DNA of 64,000 bases. Source: an uncultured Candidatus Saccharibacteria bacterium (lineage in GTDB: Bacteria; Patescibacteriota; Minisyncoccia; Phycocordibacterales; Phycocordibacteraceae). The DNA lies in NCBI GenBank assembly GCA_964507275.1, contig CAZDPG010000001.1, positions 188,061 to 252,060 on the forward strand. The letters are read 5' to 3'. Position numbers and translations under genes: made by a program. Position 1 is the first letter of the stretch. Every line of letters starts with the position of its first letter. Under the pieces are notes generated by a model that did not search any database, had not been told where the DNA came from, and saw only the letters and a list, made by a program, of their open reading frames with translations. Below are positions 63,689 through 64,000 of the stretch, in pieces.

Positions 63689-64000
63689 CTACAGACCCTC
63701 GGATTTCAAGTCGTCAATAACTTTCTTCGCCTTGCTCGAGAGCTTATTGGGGAGCGCAACCTCAAGACGAATGATGAGATCACCCGAAGCGCTCCCGCTC
63801 GTCGGAATGCCCTTACCGCGCACGCGGAGATATTCTTCGACAAGCTTCATTGGAGGTATCTTCACCTCGAGCGTCTTCCCTTCCAAAGTCTCGATTGAAA
63901 CCGTCGTGCCGAGAAGTGCATCGGTGAGTTTGACCGGTAGGTGCATAGTGAGATTCGATCCATCACGGCGGAAGGTCGCATGAGGCTTTACATGAATCTT
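63689..64000 (-). CDS. dnaJ: Chaperone DnaJ, C-terminal portion only (gene continues beyond the window end)
   Basis: ...KIHVKPHATFRRDGSNLTMHLPVKLTDALLGTTVSIETLEGK...RVRGKGIP...GDLIIRLEV matches the DnaJ C-terminal beta-domain. The frame stays open to nt 64000. Confidence 0.6.
   Translation of the reverse strand, partial: KIHVKPHATFRRDGSNLTMHLPVKLTDALLGTTVSIETLEGKTLEVKIPPMKLVEEYLRVRGKGIPTSGSASGDLIIRLEVALPNKLSSKAKKVIDDLKSEGL

Noticed and set aside
1-64000. CRISPR arrays, rRNA genes, integrases and transposases
   Set aside because: There are no regularly spaced direct repeats, no rRNA-like conserved stretches, and no recombinase or transposase motifs (the only possible exception is the HTH protein at 59.4 kb).

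Overview
The window is a gene-dense, high-GC (~58-60%) bacterial chromosome segment. Its gene content suggests a CPR/Patescibacteria-like (Parcubacteria-type) organism; this is an inference. The supporting features are a class I (archaeal-type) LysRS, short ProRS/TrpRS/AspRS, two MreB paralogs, an adjacent cohesin-dockerin pair, giant Ser/Thr/Gly-rich surface proteins and many DUF proteins.

The backbone is housekeeping:
- seven aminoacyl-tRNA synthetases (proS, class I lysK, cysS, gltX, aspS-like, trpS, tyrS)
- def-fmt, murA, holB-frr-rseP
- mreB-mreC-mreD-mrdA-greA
- a dcw cell-wall cluster split into two pieces: mraZ-rsmH-ftsL-ftsI-murF on the + strand, and dacA-like/mraY/ftsW/murG on the - strand
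- recR-dnaB-cysS, scpAB, ctpA, rplU, rplI, rpmA, pyrD
- two tRNAs, tRNA-Glu(CUC) and tRNA-Tyr(GUA)

The most notable accessory content is a ~3.5 kb low-GC (~40%) island at ~3.8-7.3 kb. Its lead gene is a 412-aa protein whose C-terminal half matches the Shedu/SduA DUF4263 PD-(D/E)xK nuclease signature, an anti-phage defence family. It is followed by a tightly linked 133-aa unknown ORF, a DUF3761 protein, small membrane proteins and a P-loop NTPase.

Other accessory features:
- a translationally coupled dockerin protein plus a membrane-anchored cohesin protein
- a second AT-rich islet abutting the 3' end of tRNA-Glu
- an AT-rich HTH-domain gene wedged between tRNA-Tyr and tyrS
- MraZ-box-like GTGG(G/A) repeats at 10-11 bp phasing upstream of mraZ
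- a strong sigma70-like promoter followed by a 10-bp palindromic operator or hairpin at 42.6 kb
- several clean rho-independent, partly bidirectional terminators

No CRISPR array, rRNA or integrase/transposase was found.

The ORF track shows alternative starts (GTG/TTG) as M, so several N-terminal extensions in it are artefacts. Starts were refined by frame arithmetic. All coordinates are +/- a few nt.
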